NCBI GenBank assembly: GCA_963789395.1
Contig: CAWBKP010000020.1
Span: 128,001 to 192,000, forward strand
Origin: an uncultured delta proteobacterium
GTDB taxonomy: Bacteria; Desulfobacterota; Desulfobacteria; Desulfobacterales; Desulfatirhabdiaceae
Direction of reading: 5' to 3'
DNA: 64,000 nt
Numbering within the stretch: the stretch's first letter is position 1; each line of letters begins with the position of its first letter. The translations under genes were made by a program, and so were the position numbers. The notes under the pieces are model-generated. The model did not search any database. It saw only the letters and a program-made list of their open reading frames with translations, and had not been told where the DNA came from. Shown piece by piece: positions 1 to 10,005 of this stretch.

Positions 1-855
1 GTGGCGACTCCGGCGGAGCCAAAATTCGCATCGGATGATCTATACAGGCTTCTTCCCTTTGATCAGAAAGAGGTGTATGACTTTGATGCCATTCTGGCAA
101 GGCTTGTGGACGGCAGTGAGCAGATGGAGTTCAGGCCCGGGTACGGTCCCGAAGTGTATACGGGGTTGTGCAAGGTTGACGGATATCTTGTTGCATGCAT
201 TGGAAACCGCCAGGGATATCTGGGAAAGGGCTATCCGGAATATGCGGATTATCCGGGTATCGGCGGAAAACTCTACCGGCAGGGGATGATCAAGATGATC
301 GAGTTTGTGACGCTCTGCGGCAGGGATAGAATCCCGATCATCTGGTTCCAGGACACATCTGGCATCGATGTAGGAGATGTCGCGGAAAAAGCCGAGCTTC
401 TGGGCATCGGCCAGAGCCTGATTTATTCCATACAGAACACGGATGTCCCCCAGATGCTGGTTCTGTTAAGAAAAGGCTCTGCTGCGGCCCATTACCTGAT
501 GGGCGGCCCCCAGGGCAATGACAGCAACGCGTTTTCCGTCGGAACCGCGGCCACCGAGGTTTACGTGATGCACGGAGAAACCGCTGCCGTTGCCATGTAC
601 GCCAGAAGGCTGGTCAAGGAAAAGGATGCGGGAAAACCCATCGCGCCGATCATTGAAAAAATGAACGCAGTCTCCGCGGATTACAAAAAGTTCTCACGAC
701 CCAAATACTGCGCTCAGGTCGGCTATGTGGACGAGATTGTTGAAATGGATGCCATCCGCAAATACATGGTTGCTTTCACCGGATCAGCCTACCAGAACCC
801 CGGATCCATCTGCCCCCAGCACCAGATGGCCCTGCCGAGAATCATCAAGGGCTAA
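1..855 (+). CDS. gcdA: Glutaconyl-CoA decarboxylase alpha subunit / acyl-CoA carboxyltransferase, 5'-truncated by the window
   Basis: Carboxyltransferase C-terminal motifs (EFVTLCGRDRIPIIWFQDTSGIDVG, RKGSAAAHYLMGG, SICPQHQMALPR); ORF open at the window edge. Confidence 0.8.
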   Translation: MATPAEPKFASDDLYRLLPFDQKEVYDFDAILARLVDGSEQMEFRPGYGPEVYTGLCKVDGYLVACIGNRQGYLGKGYPEYADYPGIGGKLYRQGMIKMIEFVTLCGRDRIPIIWFQDTSGIDVGDVAEKAELLGIGQSLIYSIQNTDVPQMLVLLRKGSAAAHYLMGGPQGNDSNAFSVGTAATEVYVMHGETAAVAMYARRLVKEKDAGKPIAPIIEKMNAVSADYKKFSRPKYCAQVGYVDEIVEMDAIRKYMVAFTGSAYQNPGSICPQHQMALPRIIKG

Positions 856-857
856 AG

Positions 858-894
858 ATAAGGATGAGGCTGTTCAAAACAGCCTCATCCTTAT
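858..894 (+). terminator. Perfect 17-bp inverted repeat right after gcdA; probable terminator
   Basis: ATAAGGATGAGGCTGTT-caa-AACAGCCTCATCCTTAT. Confidence 0.65.
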
Positions 895-1146
895 GCCTTG
901 CAGGGACAAGTCATGCATCAAGCGGTGAAGGTTTGAAAAACCTGAACCGCTTGCCTGCCATAAGCGCCATTTCCCCTGAAAACATCCGTCATTTCCCAAA
1001 TGGTAATAGTTCATGTCACGGACTTGCCTCCTGCGGCCAGGTGTGATAGTTTTTTTTGCAACTGATCTCATCAGTCAGGCCTCTAATATCAGGGCGATGC
1101 CATGAGACAGGGTTTATATCGTATTGAAATCGAAGAAAGGGAAAAC

Positions 1147-2253
1147 ATGAGCAGATTATTTGAAAGCAGTGAAATCAACGGCATGAAACTGGCCAACCGC
1201 TTTGTGCGGTCGGCGACCTGGGAAGGGATGGCAAGTCCTGAAGGTGCGGCAACACCGAAGCTGATTGACACCATGACCGCGCTGGCCAGAGGCGGCGTGG
1301 GGCTGATCATCAGCGGACACACCTACATCCGGCAGGAGGGTCAGGCCGGCCCTTGGCAGCTTGGCGTTTACAAGGACGATCTGATCCCGGGCCTTCGGGA
1401 AATGACGGATGCGGTCCACGCGGCCGGCGGCAAAATCGTTCTGCAACTGGCACATGCCGGCCATTTCGCTCCCGAAAAATTGACCGGTCAGGCCCCCGTG
1501 GTGGCTTCAGTTTATGAGGGCCTCAGCCGGTCGCCGCGAAAAGAACTGACTGAGCAGGACTTACAGGATCTGGTTGCCGCTTTTGCCGATGCCGCGCAAA
1601 GGGCTAAATCAGCCGGCTTTGACGGGGTCCAGATCCATGCGGCCCACGGCTACCTGCTCAGCCAGTTCCTCTCTCCCATATTCAACCGGCGGGTAGACGG
1701 CTATGGCGGCAGCATTGAAAACCGCTCCCGGATTATCGTTGAAGCCATTCAGGCTGTTCGAGAGGCAGTGGGAAAAGCGTTTCCGATACTGATCAAAATG
1801 AACTGCGCCGATTTTGCGGAAAACGGGCTCAGCCTGGATGATTCCTTGCTTGCCGGGGAATTGCTGGCACAAGCCGGCCTGGATGCCATCGAGCTGAGCG
1901 GCGGGCTGCTGACCGGCGGAAAGCTGTCTCCGAGCCGGCCCGGCATCCACTCGGCGGACAAGGAGGCCTATTTCAGGGAGGAGTTGAGCGAATTTAAAAA
2001 GAAAATCCGGATCCCGTTGATCCTGGTTGGCGGCATCCGGTCTGTTGAGGTTGCCGAGCAGCTCGTGTCAGACGGCGCGGCGGATTACATCGCCATGAGC
2101 CGGCCCCTGATCCGGGAGCCGGATCTGATTTCCCGCTGGAAATCCGGAGACCGTCGCAGGGCGGAATGCAAATCCGACAACCTGTGTTTCGGGCCGGGTC
2201 TTGAAGGCAAGGGAATTTATTGCGTCACAGAGGAGCGGGAAAAGGCGAAATAA
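1147..2253 (+). CDS. NADH:flavin oxidoreductase (Old Yellow Enzyme family)
   Basis: NRFVRSATWE, LQLAHAG, GFDGVQIHAAHGYLLSQFLSP, YGGSIENR; start moved to the ATG after AGGGA. Confidence 0.92.
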   Translation: MSRLFESSEINGMKLANRFVRSATWEGMASPEGAATPKLIDTMTALARGGVGLIISGHTYIRQEGQAGPWQLGVYKDDLIPGLREMTDAVHAAGGKIVLQLAHAGHFAPEKLTGQAPVVASVYEGLSRSPRKELTEQDLQDLVAAFADAAQRAKSAGFDGVQIHAAHGYLLSQFLSPIFNRRVDGYGGSIENRSRIIVEAIQAVREAVGKAFPILIKMNCADFAENGLSLDDSLLAGELLAQAGLDAIELSGGLLTGGKLSPSRPGIHSADKEAYFREELSEFKKKIRIPLILVGGIRSVEVAEQLVSDGAADYIAMSRPLIREPDLISRWKSGDRRRAECKSDNLCFGPGLEGKGIYCVTEEREKAK

Positions 2254-3524
2254 ATCAATTTCTGCGGCTGGTATCAAACGATCTGCTTTGCGCAGGGCCG
2301 GGAAAATTCTGGCCCACAGGCCGGTGATCACGATCGAACCTGCGCCGCCAAAAACTGCAGAGCCGACAAGCCCGAGGAAACGGGCAGCCACGCCACTTTC
2401 AAATTCCCCGAGCTCGTTCGACGCACTGATGAACAATCCCGACACGGCGGATACCCTTCCGCGCATCGCGTCGGGGGTGACGATCTGCACCAGATTCTGC
2501 CGCACGAAAACGGAAATGGAATCGGCGGCTCCGGCCACGGCCAGCGCCAGCATCGACAGCCGCGGATCGCGTGAAAAGGCAAAACACAGCGTGGCAAGGC
2601 CATAGACCATGACGCCGCCCAGCATCCATTTTCCGGCATGCCGTGTGATCGGCCGGAAGCCAGGCACAGGGTCAGGCACCCCGCGCCCGCGGCAAAGGAC
2701 GCGCGCAGCTGTCCGAAACCTTCGGGGCCGGTGAAAAGGATGTCTTTGGCGAATGCAGGCAGCAGCGCCGTGACCCCGCCCAGAAGAACGGCGAACAGGT
2801 CGAGCGATATCGCCCCCAGCACGATCTTGCTGCCCCATAAATGCGTCAGCCCCTCGCGGATCATGGTCAGACGCGAAGCTTCGCTGCGTTTGGGGTTGGT
2901 TTCAAGGGGCATTTTCACCAGAACCACCCATGCCGTGCAGGCCAGCATATAAAGTGCGCATGCCGTTGCGTTGGCATAAACCGGCGCCAGCCCGCACAGC
3001 ACCCCGCCGATCCACGGTCCCAGAATCATCCCGCTTTGGACGCTGAATGTGTTCCAGGCAATTGCCTTGGGCAGTTCATCGATCGGAACCAGCAGCGGAA
3101 CAAGGGAAGCGCCGGCGGGCATTGAAAACGTGCGGCCGATGCCGAAAAAACCCGCGACGACAAAGATCGCTATCAGCGGCGGATGCGCCTGCATCGACAG
3201 CAGTGTAAAGGCCGCGGCGCAGGAAACCTGCAATATCCCGCAGCACAATAAAATTTTGCGCCGGTCGTAACGATCCGCTGTTTCGCCCGCAATCAGGGCC
3301 AGGGCGAACATCGGCAAAAATTGCGCCAGCCCGATCATCCCGACAAGAAACATGCTTTGCTGCTCATCGTAGGTTCGGCGCGCGACGGTATAAACCAGCC
3401 ACCCGATCGCCACGCTTTGGGCCAGGGTGGCGATCGTGGTCAACAGGCGTCCTGTCCACATCATGGCATAGGCACGATGTCGGAAAACGGACGGGAAGCG
3501 CATAAAACTAAAAAGAGCGGACAT
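2254..3524 (-). CDS. MFS transporter (EntS/DHA3-like), frameshift near 2655; 3' end uncertain
   Basis: GETADRYDRRK and LLGGVTALLP in ORF 2328..3524; continuation RPITRHAG...TPDAMRGRVSAVSGLFISASNELGEFESG in ORF 2068..2838. Confidence 0.82.
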
Positions 3525-3618
3525 GGAGCAAACTCTCCGTGCCTAACGCCACATTACGAACTTGTAAACGTTCAAAATCAGACGGATCGCTCCCATATAT
3601 GAAAATCATCAAATACGG

Positions 3619-4425
3619 TCATTCCTGACTTTTTCCCGGAATCTGCAGCCTTATTTCTTCAAAAGCCTTTTCTGATAAAATTTCGGAAAACCGAGCGCCG
3701 CCTTTGCTGCGGGTGCGGTAGAACGACAGGCAGTCTTTTACGATGGATAACACGGCGTCTTCGCTGAAAACGCCGGGAAGCTCTCTGGCCAGCTGCGGGT
3801 GTCTGCCCAGTTTGCCGCCGAGCAGCACGCGATACCCTTTGACACCGTCACCAAGGGTTCCCGTGGGGCATACCTGGATGCATTTGCCGCAGGACAGGCA
3901 GCGGTCAAACCGGATAACAGGCGATTCATCTGAAAGAGAGACGGCCTGCTCCCGGCACGCTTCCACGCAGGCTTCGCACTGCGAGCAGGGGGTCTGTGTG
4001 ATTTCCGGGACGCAGGCGCCGATGATGCCGATATCCTTGATCTGAGGCTGGGAGCAGGCATTGGGGCAGTCGGCCAGGGTGATCCGGAATTCGTGGTGAT
4101 ATTTGAGCGGCCCTTTGACTTCTTTTTTCAAAAAATCCAGCAGGTTTTCTTCTGCCAGCAGGGCTTCCAGTTTCTGCATCAACCCGTCGCCGGCATGGGC
4201 CCGGTTGGGGCATCCGCCCGACCCGAAACAGGTTTCGATCTGATACCCCTTGATGTCGGTTTCCATTTTGGACAGGAACCTGGCCTGCGTGGCCTTGACC
4301 TCGGCAAGCGTGATCAGGGATTTTCCTTCTGCGTCCGCTTCTTTTTCCACACGGGATCTGACCCGCTTGCGGACAAAAAAAGGGATTTTTTTGACGGCGT
4401 CTTCCGCCTCGTCCGTCCATTTCAT
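3619..4425 (-). CDS. Sulfite/nitrite-reductase-like 4Fe-4S protein with N-terminal PCP_red-like domain and 2x[4Fe-4S] ferredoxin insert
   Basis: MKWTDEAE..IPFFVRKRVR; CFGSGGC and CPNAC ligand pairs; CSQCEACVEAC, CLSCGKCIQVCP; LGGKLGRHP. Confidence 0.8.
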   Translation of the reverse strand: MKWTDEAEDAVKKIPFFVRKRVRSRVEKEADAEGKSLITLAEVKATQARFLSKMETDIKGYQIETCFGSGGCPNRAHAGDGLMQKLEALLAEENLLDFLKKEVKGPLKYHHEFRITLADCPNACSQPQIKDIGIIGACVPEITQTPCSQCEACVEACREQAVSLSDESPVIRFDRCLSCGKCIQVCPTGTLGDGVKGYRVLLGGKLGRHPQLARELPGVFSEDAVLSIVKDCLSFYRTRSKGGARFSEILSEKAFEEIRLQIPGKSQE

Positions 4426-5687
4426 TTCAAGTGCTCGGCAATGGTGACGGTCCGGTCTCCGAGCATGTTGACATAGCTTCCCATTTCATTGTCATACCAG
4501 CCGTAAATCACGGTCTGGGTTACGGGGATTTTGATGACGGATTCGGCCAGTGACCCCAGAACGGCCTTGTCCAGACCCGGAACCTTGGTCAGGTCGATGG
4601 TCACATCCGCGGTCCGCGTGTGGGTTTCATGGCCTTCGATGATCGCGGCGGCACGGGGAAGTCCGACGATATCGGCCGACACGTTCTGCTTGTCCGAAAA
4701 TATCAGATAGCCTCTGGGATCATCCTGGGCGGTCTGACGGTAAATCCCGTTGATCATCTCCCTTCGGATGGCCCCGCCGAACAGTTCTTCCTGGAGATTG
4801 ACCACAAGAATGATCAATGAGCCCGTGGCTGTGGGAATCCTTACGGATTCGGCGATGAATCCGATCTGCTCCATTTCGGGAATCACCAGCCGCAGGGCAT
4901 TGGCGGCACCCGTGGATGTCAGGATGATATTATTCATGATGCTGCGGGTTTTTCGCAGATCCGTTGCGCCGGCCTTGGGCAGCCGGTCCAGCACGGCCTG
5001 GGTTCCGGTGGCGGCATGGACGGTGGCCATCGAGGCGGACAGGATTTTTTTGGGACCGAACGCATGAATCAGCGGCTTCATCATGTGGGCCAGGCAGGTG
5101 GTGGTGCAGGAGGCGTTTGAGATGAGCCGGTGCCGCCTTGGATCGTAGGCATTGTCGTTGATGCCCATGACTGTTGTAACGGCATCTTCGGGCATGGGTC
5201 TTCCCTTGTCTTTTATTTTAAACGGGGCGGATGCAATCACTTTCTCTGCTCCGGCTTCGATGTGGCCCCGTAAAGACCCGGCGGGTAGATCCGCGCTCTG
5301 GGTCGGGTCCAGAAACTGGCCCGTGGTATCCACCACGAGTTTTACGTCATGGTCCTTCCAGCGCAAATCGCGGGGATTCCGGTAGGATCTCAGGAACCTG
5401 ACCTTGACGCCGTTGATTTTCATCGAGCTGTCTCTTTCATCCAGATCCTGAACAACCGCTGTTGCCTGATACCCGTGAAGAAACATGTGCAGGCTGCCAT
5501 AGGTTGAATCTCTTTCGATGTAATGGGCGATATCGCTAAGGGATGTTCCGGCCTGCCTGCCGATATTCACCACCAGCTCGTCGAAATATCCGCGTCCCAC
5601 ATGGTGCCAGACGGTCAGCTTGCCGATCCTGCCAAAACCATTGATACCGAGCTTTACCGCGGTTTTTGCGTCTTTTTTCGGTTCCAT
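4422..5687 (-). CDS. gap: Glyceraldehyde-3-phosphate dehydrogenase, long divergent type (421 aa)
   Basis: GINGFGRIGK, SNASCTTTCLA (catalytic Cys), TVHAAT, WYDNE. Confidence 0.85.
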   Translation of the reverse strand: MEPKKDAKTAVKLGINGFGRIGKLTVWHHVGRGYFDELVVNIGRQAGTSLSDIAHYIERDSTYGSLHMFLHGYQATAVVQDLDERDSSMKINGVKVRFLRSYRNPRDLRWKDHDVKLVVDTTGQFLDPTQSADLPAGSLRGHIEAGAEKVIASAPFKIKDKGRPMPEDAVTTVMGINDNAYDPRRHRLISNASCTTTCLAHMMKPLIHAFGPKKILSASMATVHAATGTQAVLDRLPKAGATDLRKTRSIMNNIILTSTGAANALRLVIPEMEQIGFIAESVRIPTATGSLIILVVNLQEELFGGAIRREMINGIYRQTAQDDPRGYLIFSDKQNVSADIVGLPRAAAIIEGHETHTRTADVTIDLTKVPGLDKAVLGSLAESVIKIPVTQTVIYGWYDNEMGSYVNMLGDRTVTIAEHLK

Positions 5688-5783
5688 TCTTCCCTCCTTT
5701 TACTGTAAAAAATAGATCCCATCCCCTTTTACAAAGGGGGAAGGTGTAATTTCCGTTGACGGGAAGCCCGAATTCATTAATGG

Positions 5784-8700
5784 TTACGCTGTTTCTCTGA
5801 TCCGGATCCGTCCCTGATACACCGATCCTTCCAGTCCGTCCATACTGACGGCATCTCCGGAGGATAGCATCCGATCGTTGAATTCGCACTGTTTTTCTTT
5901 TTCTCTGCAGACAAGGTTCCCGCAGCCGACCACACAGGTCTTTCCCAGCCGGTGGGCAACCACGGCCGCATGGGAGGTCAGCCCGCCCCGGGCCGTCAGC
6001 AGGCCGTCGGCGGCAAAGATCTCCCGGATATCGTCCGGCACCGTATCCCCGCGCATCAGAATCAGGGAGGTGCCCGGCTCCTTGAGCCGCCACTGTTCGA
6101 TTTCTTCCAGGGTAAAGACCACCCTGCCGGCCATTGCCCCCCCGCTGACACCGATACCGTGCCCCAGCAGCCGATCGCCGGAAATGTCTTCCGGATCAAA
6201 GGCCGGTACTTTTTTTCGCTCCCGCATGGCCATTTCCCGGGTCTGAAGAATGAACAGGTCTTTTGCGGCAGGGCTTTCAAAGGTGAATTCCATTTCCTGT
6301 GGCGTCCATCCTTTTTTTTCAATCAAATCAATGGCCCAGCTTTTCAGTGCGGCATAGATTTCCGGAAAATGGGTTTCCAGGGTGATGTCTGTATCCCGCA
6401 TCTCCACTTCCTGCTGAAAGATGGAAATGGGCAGCGTATTGACCAGACCGGAGACGACATCTTCGCCCTGGTTGCCGACGGTGAAATCTCCCCATAGCCG
6501 GACACGGTCTCCGGGCCAGCGGGGGTTGTGGGTAAAAATAACGCCGGTTCCGGACTGCTGGGAAAAATTGCCGAAAACCATGGACTGAACCGTTACGGCC
6601 GTTCCCCAGTCATCGGAAATTCCCATGATTTTCCGGTAGGTTTTGGCCTTGTCCGACTCCCAGGAATCCAGCACGCTGTTGATGGTCATATACAGCTGAT
6701 CCATCGGGTCATCCAGAACAGGATATCCGGCCGCTGCAATGCTTTTTTTGTAAGCCATGGCGACCGCCTGCATCTGTTCGCCGGTGAATCCTTTTTTAAA
6801 GGAAATGCCGAGCGTTTGCTTGAATTCGCTGATGATGGCGTCAAAATGGTCTCGTTCCAGCCCGACCGCCATACCGTAACACTGCAGGAAACGCCGGTAA
6901 TTGTCCCAGGCGAACCAGGCGTTTCCGGTTCTTTCGGCAAGGCCGTGTGCGATTTCTTCATTGATGCCCACATTCAACAGGGTGTCCATCATGCCCGGCT
7001 GGGAAATGGATGAGCCGCTTCGCACTGAGAACAGCAGCGGGTTTGTGGCACTGCCGAAGGTTTTCCCCGTTAATTTTTCAACGGCTGAAATCTGGCGAAC
7101 GACTTGATCCCGGAAATTCTGCAGGGCAGGGGGATAATGCTCAATGATGTCCCTGCAACGGAAAGCTTCCGTTGTAATGATGAATCCCGGCGGGACCGGC
7201 ATCCCGAAGCGCTTGAGCTTGACCATGTTGAGTCCCTTGTTGCCCAGATAGATGATGCCGGGTAAATGTTTGCCGCGCTGATCCACCGTGGTGATGGCCT
7301 GGCTGGGGTCATACAGCAGAAGCAGCCGGAGCTGATCTTGATGAAGCGTGTTGAGCTGATGAAACAGGATGTTCAAAATCCGGGTCAGGAGCCGGTCCAG
7401 TTGCTGAAGCCCGAGCGAAAAAACAAGCTGATCCCTGAAAAAAATCTCGGTGATCCGATGGGTGAGCTTTTCCGGATCCATTGCCGGATCCGGGGGAAGA
7501 TACCGCGGCAGAAGCTGATTTTTGTTGATTCCGGCAATGATGCGGTTGAGATTTTCTTCGTGGACATTGTTGAAATAGTCACTGATGATGTTTTTGACCG
7601 CTATAGAAAAGCCTTTGAAAATATCCAGATACTGGGTGAATGTAAACCCCCTGACCTCAAGGGAATGCGTTAGAAATTCCTGCTGCCGCTCAAACTCGAC
7701 CGAGTGAATGCCGTCTGCTTTCAGCGCCCGGTCAAACAGGGCCAGCAGTTCCGAGATTTCATGAATGGTGACATGGGTGATCAGCGACAGGTCTATGGTC
7801 TGAACGAGTTCTTCAAAGAGGACATTGACCAGGGATTCAATGCGGAACGTCAGTCCCAGCGCATCAAATTTCATTTCATGGTAACTGCCGTACATCGAGG
7901 GAATATCAACGGTGATATGCCTTTTTTTATAAATATCCTCGCGGATCTCATACGTTTTTGGAGACAGAATCAGTTCTTTCAAAAACTCGAGATAATCGAT
8001 GAGAAGCGCAGTCTTTTTTCTGACATTCGGTTGCTCCAGCGCTTTTTGCAGCCGGTTCAGATCCGGAAACCCGCCGGCTTTCAGTTGCTCCAGATAATGG
8101 TTGATCTCAATAAAATCAATATGATATTTGTGGTGAAGAAGTTTGTAGAAGGCTGCCAGCAGTTGAATCCGTTCGATATCTACCTGGGATTCTCCGGAAA
8201 TATTGGAAAGCAGTCCCTGTAACGCGTCGCTACTCAGGGTCAACAGCTGAACCGGAAGCGAAACCCCCTGATGCCGCAGTGTCGTCATGATGCGCTTGAC
8301 GCCGTCAATGTAGGGGCCGGAGGTCTTGATCTGCTTGTAAATGTCCGGGGGAACGAATTTCTCTATTCCTGCCTTGTTCCCGGTTTTCCAGAAGTCCAGA
8401 ACGGCGCCCATGAAGTCCAGAATCTGGTTGCTGCTTTCCACGTGGCTTTGTTTTCTTAGAAAATGGATCAGCACATCTTTTCGCCGGGTCATTTCATCCA
8501 GACGGGTGGAGATTTCCCGCAGTTCTCCTTCCGCACCGATATCATTGAAAAAAGTCGGAAAAATCCGCGCCAGCTGTTTGACTAGATTGTAGACGGGCCC
8601 GATGTCGCTGTTTAGAAGCCGGGTGATATCTCGGGGAAAAAGATCCGTATCTTTAATGAAAACGCCTTCCAGGCAAAGGTGAATGATCAGGCAGGACAGC

Positions 8701-9953
8701 AGCCGGGTAGACCATTTGGGATTGAGTTCAATCAGCGCCATCCAGGTGCGGATGTTCGGAATATGGGAGCTGTTGGCCTGAATCTGCCAGTCGCTTCCGA
8801 CCCTGCCGATCATGGGGGTTTGAAACCCCAGGTCAATGACCGAATCGATGAAGAAATTAACCAGATCACTTTCGTCGGTTTTGTAGACGCCTTTCCCCAT
8901 GTTCAGCGCGCAGTTCAATGCGGTTACCGGAAATTCTTTCGTATGGGTTTTCAAGATGGAAAATGTTTTTTGAATCAGCCGCATGATATTCCGGTGCGAT
9001 TCATTGCCGATCAGCCAGCTGAGCGTCCGGTTGATCTCCCACAGCGCATCTTCATGGATCAGGGCCAGACCGGAAATGTTCATGATGTGAAAGAGAAAAA
9101 TCACTTTCCAATGATTGCGCCGGGTGATGTTTTCACTCGAATTCCAGAGGATCATCGGAAGCTTTTTGTAGATCTCGACAATCTGCCCGAAGGTGGGAAG
9201 CGCCAGCAGATTTTCCAGAAAGGAGATGGATTCAACCGGTTCCGTGGCCAACAGGCTGTCGAGCCGGTGTTTGCATTCGGTCATTTTCTGATGGGAGATA
9301 TCCGAAAAAATTCCGTCAAAAATCGGCAGATGTCCGGTTTCAGCCTCGGTTTCAAACCAGGCCATCGGGTCATCCTGGCTCAGCCAGTAAGCATACGTGT
9401 ATTGATGGTATTTGAGAACGAGCAGGTTCAGGGCATTGAAGGGGGGCGGCAACGCCCGAAGGCAGAGTTCGGCAAGCCGGTTGATGGCGTAAAAACTTCT
9501 TGCAAAAAACTCAAAATGATCCGCCGGAAGCGCTTGGATCCGGTCGAAGGCAGCGTTGAGGACCGGCGCAAACCGTGGCAGGTCGGCGCCGGAATCTTTG
9601 ACTGTTTTTTGCAGAAACAGAAGCAGATTGTCCACGGCATCTGCTCGGACATCCTGAGGCCCTTCATTGCAGGCATCCAGGAAAATATCGATGATCAGGC
9701 TGACAGCTTCCGGCCCCTTGGCGTGCTTCTGGAAAATATGGAAATAATCCAGGGCATATTTCCGGCATTCCTGTACGATAAATCGCCAGTTTTTATAAGG
9801 GTGGGAGAGTTCTGTTAAAAAAACAGTGACGCCATCCATCAGTCCATAATACCGGGACATGGCCTCCTGGAGTGGAAAAAACCGGGGGTCGATGCTGACA
9901 TCTACATGGGAACTGGCTATATTGACCTCAAGGGCCTTGGATTTGAACGGCAT
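5784..9953 (-). CDS. PPDK-like protein with about 900-aa N-terminal extension and no C-terminal pyruvate-binding barrel
   Basis: LGNKG, VPPGFIITT, SVRSG..SQPGMMDT, AVTVQSMVFGN, QGEDVVSG; His domain GGLTSHAAVVA at the C-terminus; AAGGAG RBS before ATG 9953 (alternative start 10025). Confidence 0.85.
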   Translation of the reverse strand: MPFKSKALEVNIASSHVDVSIDPRFFPLQEAMSRYYGLMDGVTVFLTELSHPYKNWRFIVQECRKYALDYFHIFQKHAKGPEAVSLIIDIFLDACNEGPQDVRADAVDNLLLFLQKTVKDSGADLPRFAPVLNAAFDRIQALPADHFEFFARSFYAINRLAELCLRALPPPFNALNLLVLKYHQYTYAYWLSQDDPMAWFETEAETGHLPIFDGIFSDISHQKMTECKHRLDSLLATEPVESISFLENLLALPTFGQIVEIYKKLPMILWNSSENITRRNHWKVIFLFHIMNISGLALIHEDALWEINRTLSWLIGNESHRNIMRLIQKTFSILKTHTKEFPVTALNCALNMGKGVYKTDESDLVNFFIDSVIDLGFQTPMIGRVGSDWQIQANSSHIPNIRTWMALIELNPKWSTRLLSCLIIHLCLEGVFIKDTDLFPRDITRLLNSDIGPVYNLVKQLARIFPTFFNDIGAEGELREISTRLDEMTRRKDVLIHFLRKQSHVESSNQILDFMGAVLDFWKTGNKAGIEKFVPPDIYKQIKTSGPYIDGVKRIMTTLRHQGVSLPVQLLTLSSDALQGLLSNISGESQVDIERIQLLAAFYKLLHHKYHIDFIEINHYLEQLKAGGFPDLNRLQKALEQPNVRKKTALLIDYLEFLKELILSPKTYEIREDIYKKRHITVDIPSMYGSYHEMKFDALGLTFRIESLVNVLFEELVQTIDLSLITHVTIHEISELLALFDRALKADGIHSVEFERQQEFLTHSLEVRGFTFTQYLDIFKGFSIAVKNIISDYFNNVHEENLNRIIAGINKNQLLPRYLPPDPAMDPEKLTHRITEIFFRDQLVFSLGLQQLDRLLTRILNILFHQLNTLHQDQLRLLLLYDPSQAITTVDQRGKHLPGIIYLGNKGLNMVKLKRFGMPVPPGFIITTEAFRCRDIIEHYPPALQNFRDQVVRQISAVEKLTGKTFGSATNPLLFSVRSGSSISQPGMMDTLLNVGINEEIAHGLAERTGNAWFAWDNYRRFLQCYGMAVGLERDHFDAIISEFKQTLGISFKKGFTGEQMQAVAMAYKKSIAAAGYPVLDDPMDQLYMTINSVLDSWESDKAKTYRKIMGISDDWGTAVTVQSMVFGNFSQQSGTGVIFTHNPRWPGDRVRLWGDFTVGNQGEDVVSGLVNTLPISIFQQEVEMRDTDITLETHFPEIYAALKSWAIDLIEKKGWTPQEMEFTFESPAAKDLFILQTREMAMRERKKVPAFDPEDISGDRLLGHGIGVSGGAMAGRVVFTLEEIEQWRLKEPGTSLILMRGDTVPDDIREIFAADGLLTARGGLTSHAAVVAHRLGKTCVVGCGNLVCREKEKQCEFNDRMLSSGDAVSMDGLEGSVYQGRIRIRETA

Positions 9954-10005
9954 GACAGACTCCTTGGTGTCTGTTCGCGGACATTCACAATTAGATTTTC
10001 CGGGC

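Noticed and set aside
5784..9953. Calling this gene ppdK, or 55625..58231 ppsA
   Set aside because: Both lack the C-terminal PEP/pyruvate-binding barrel
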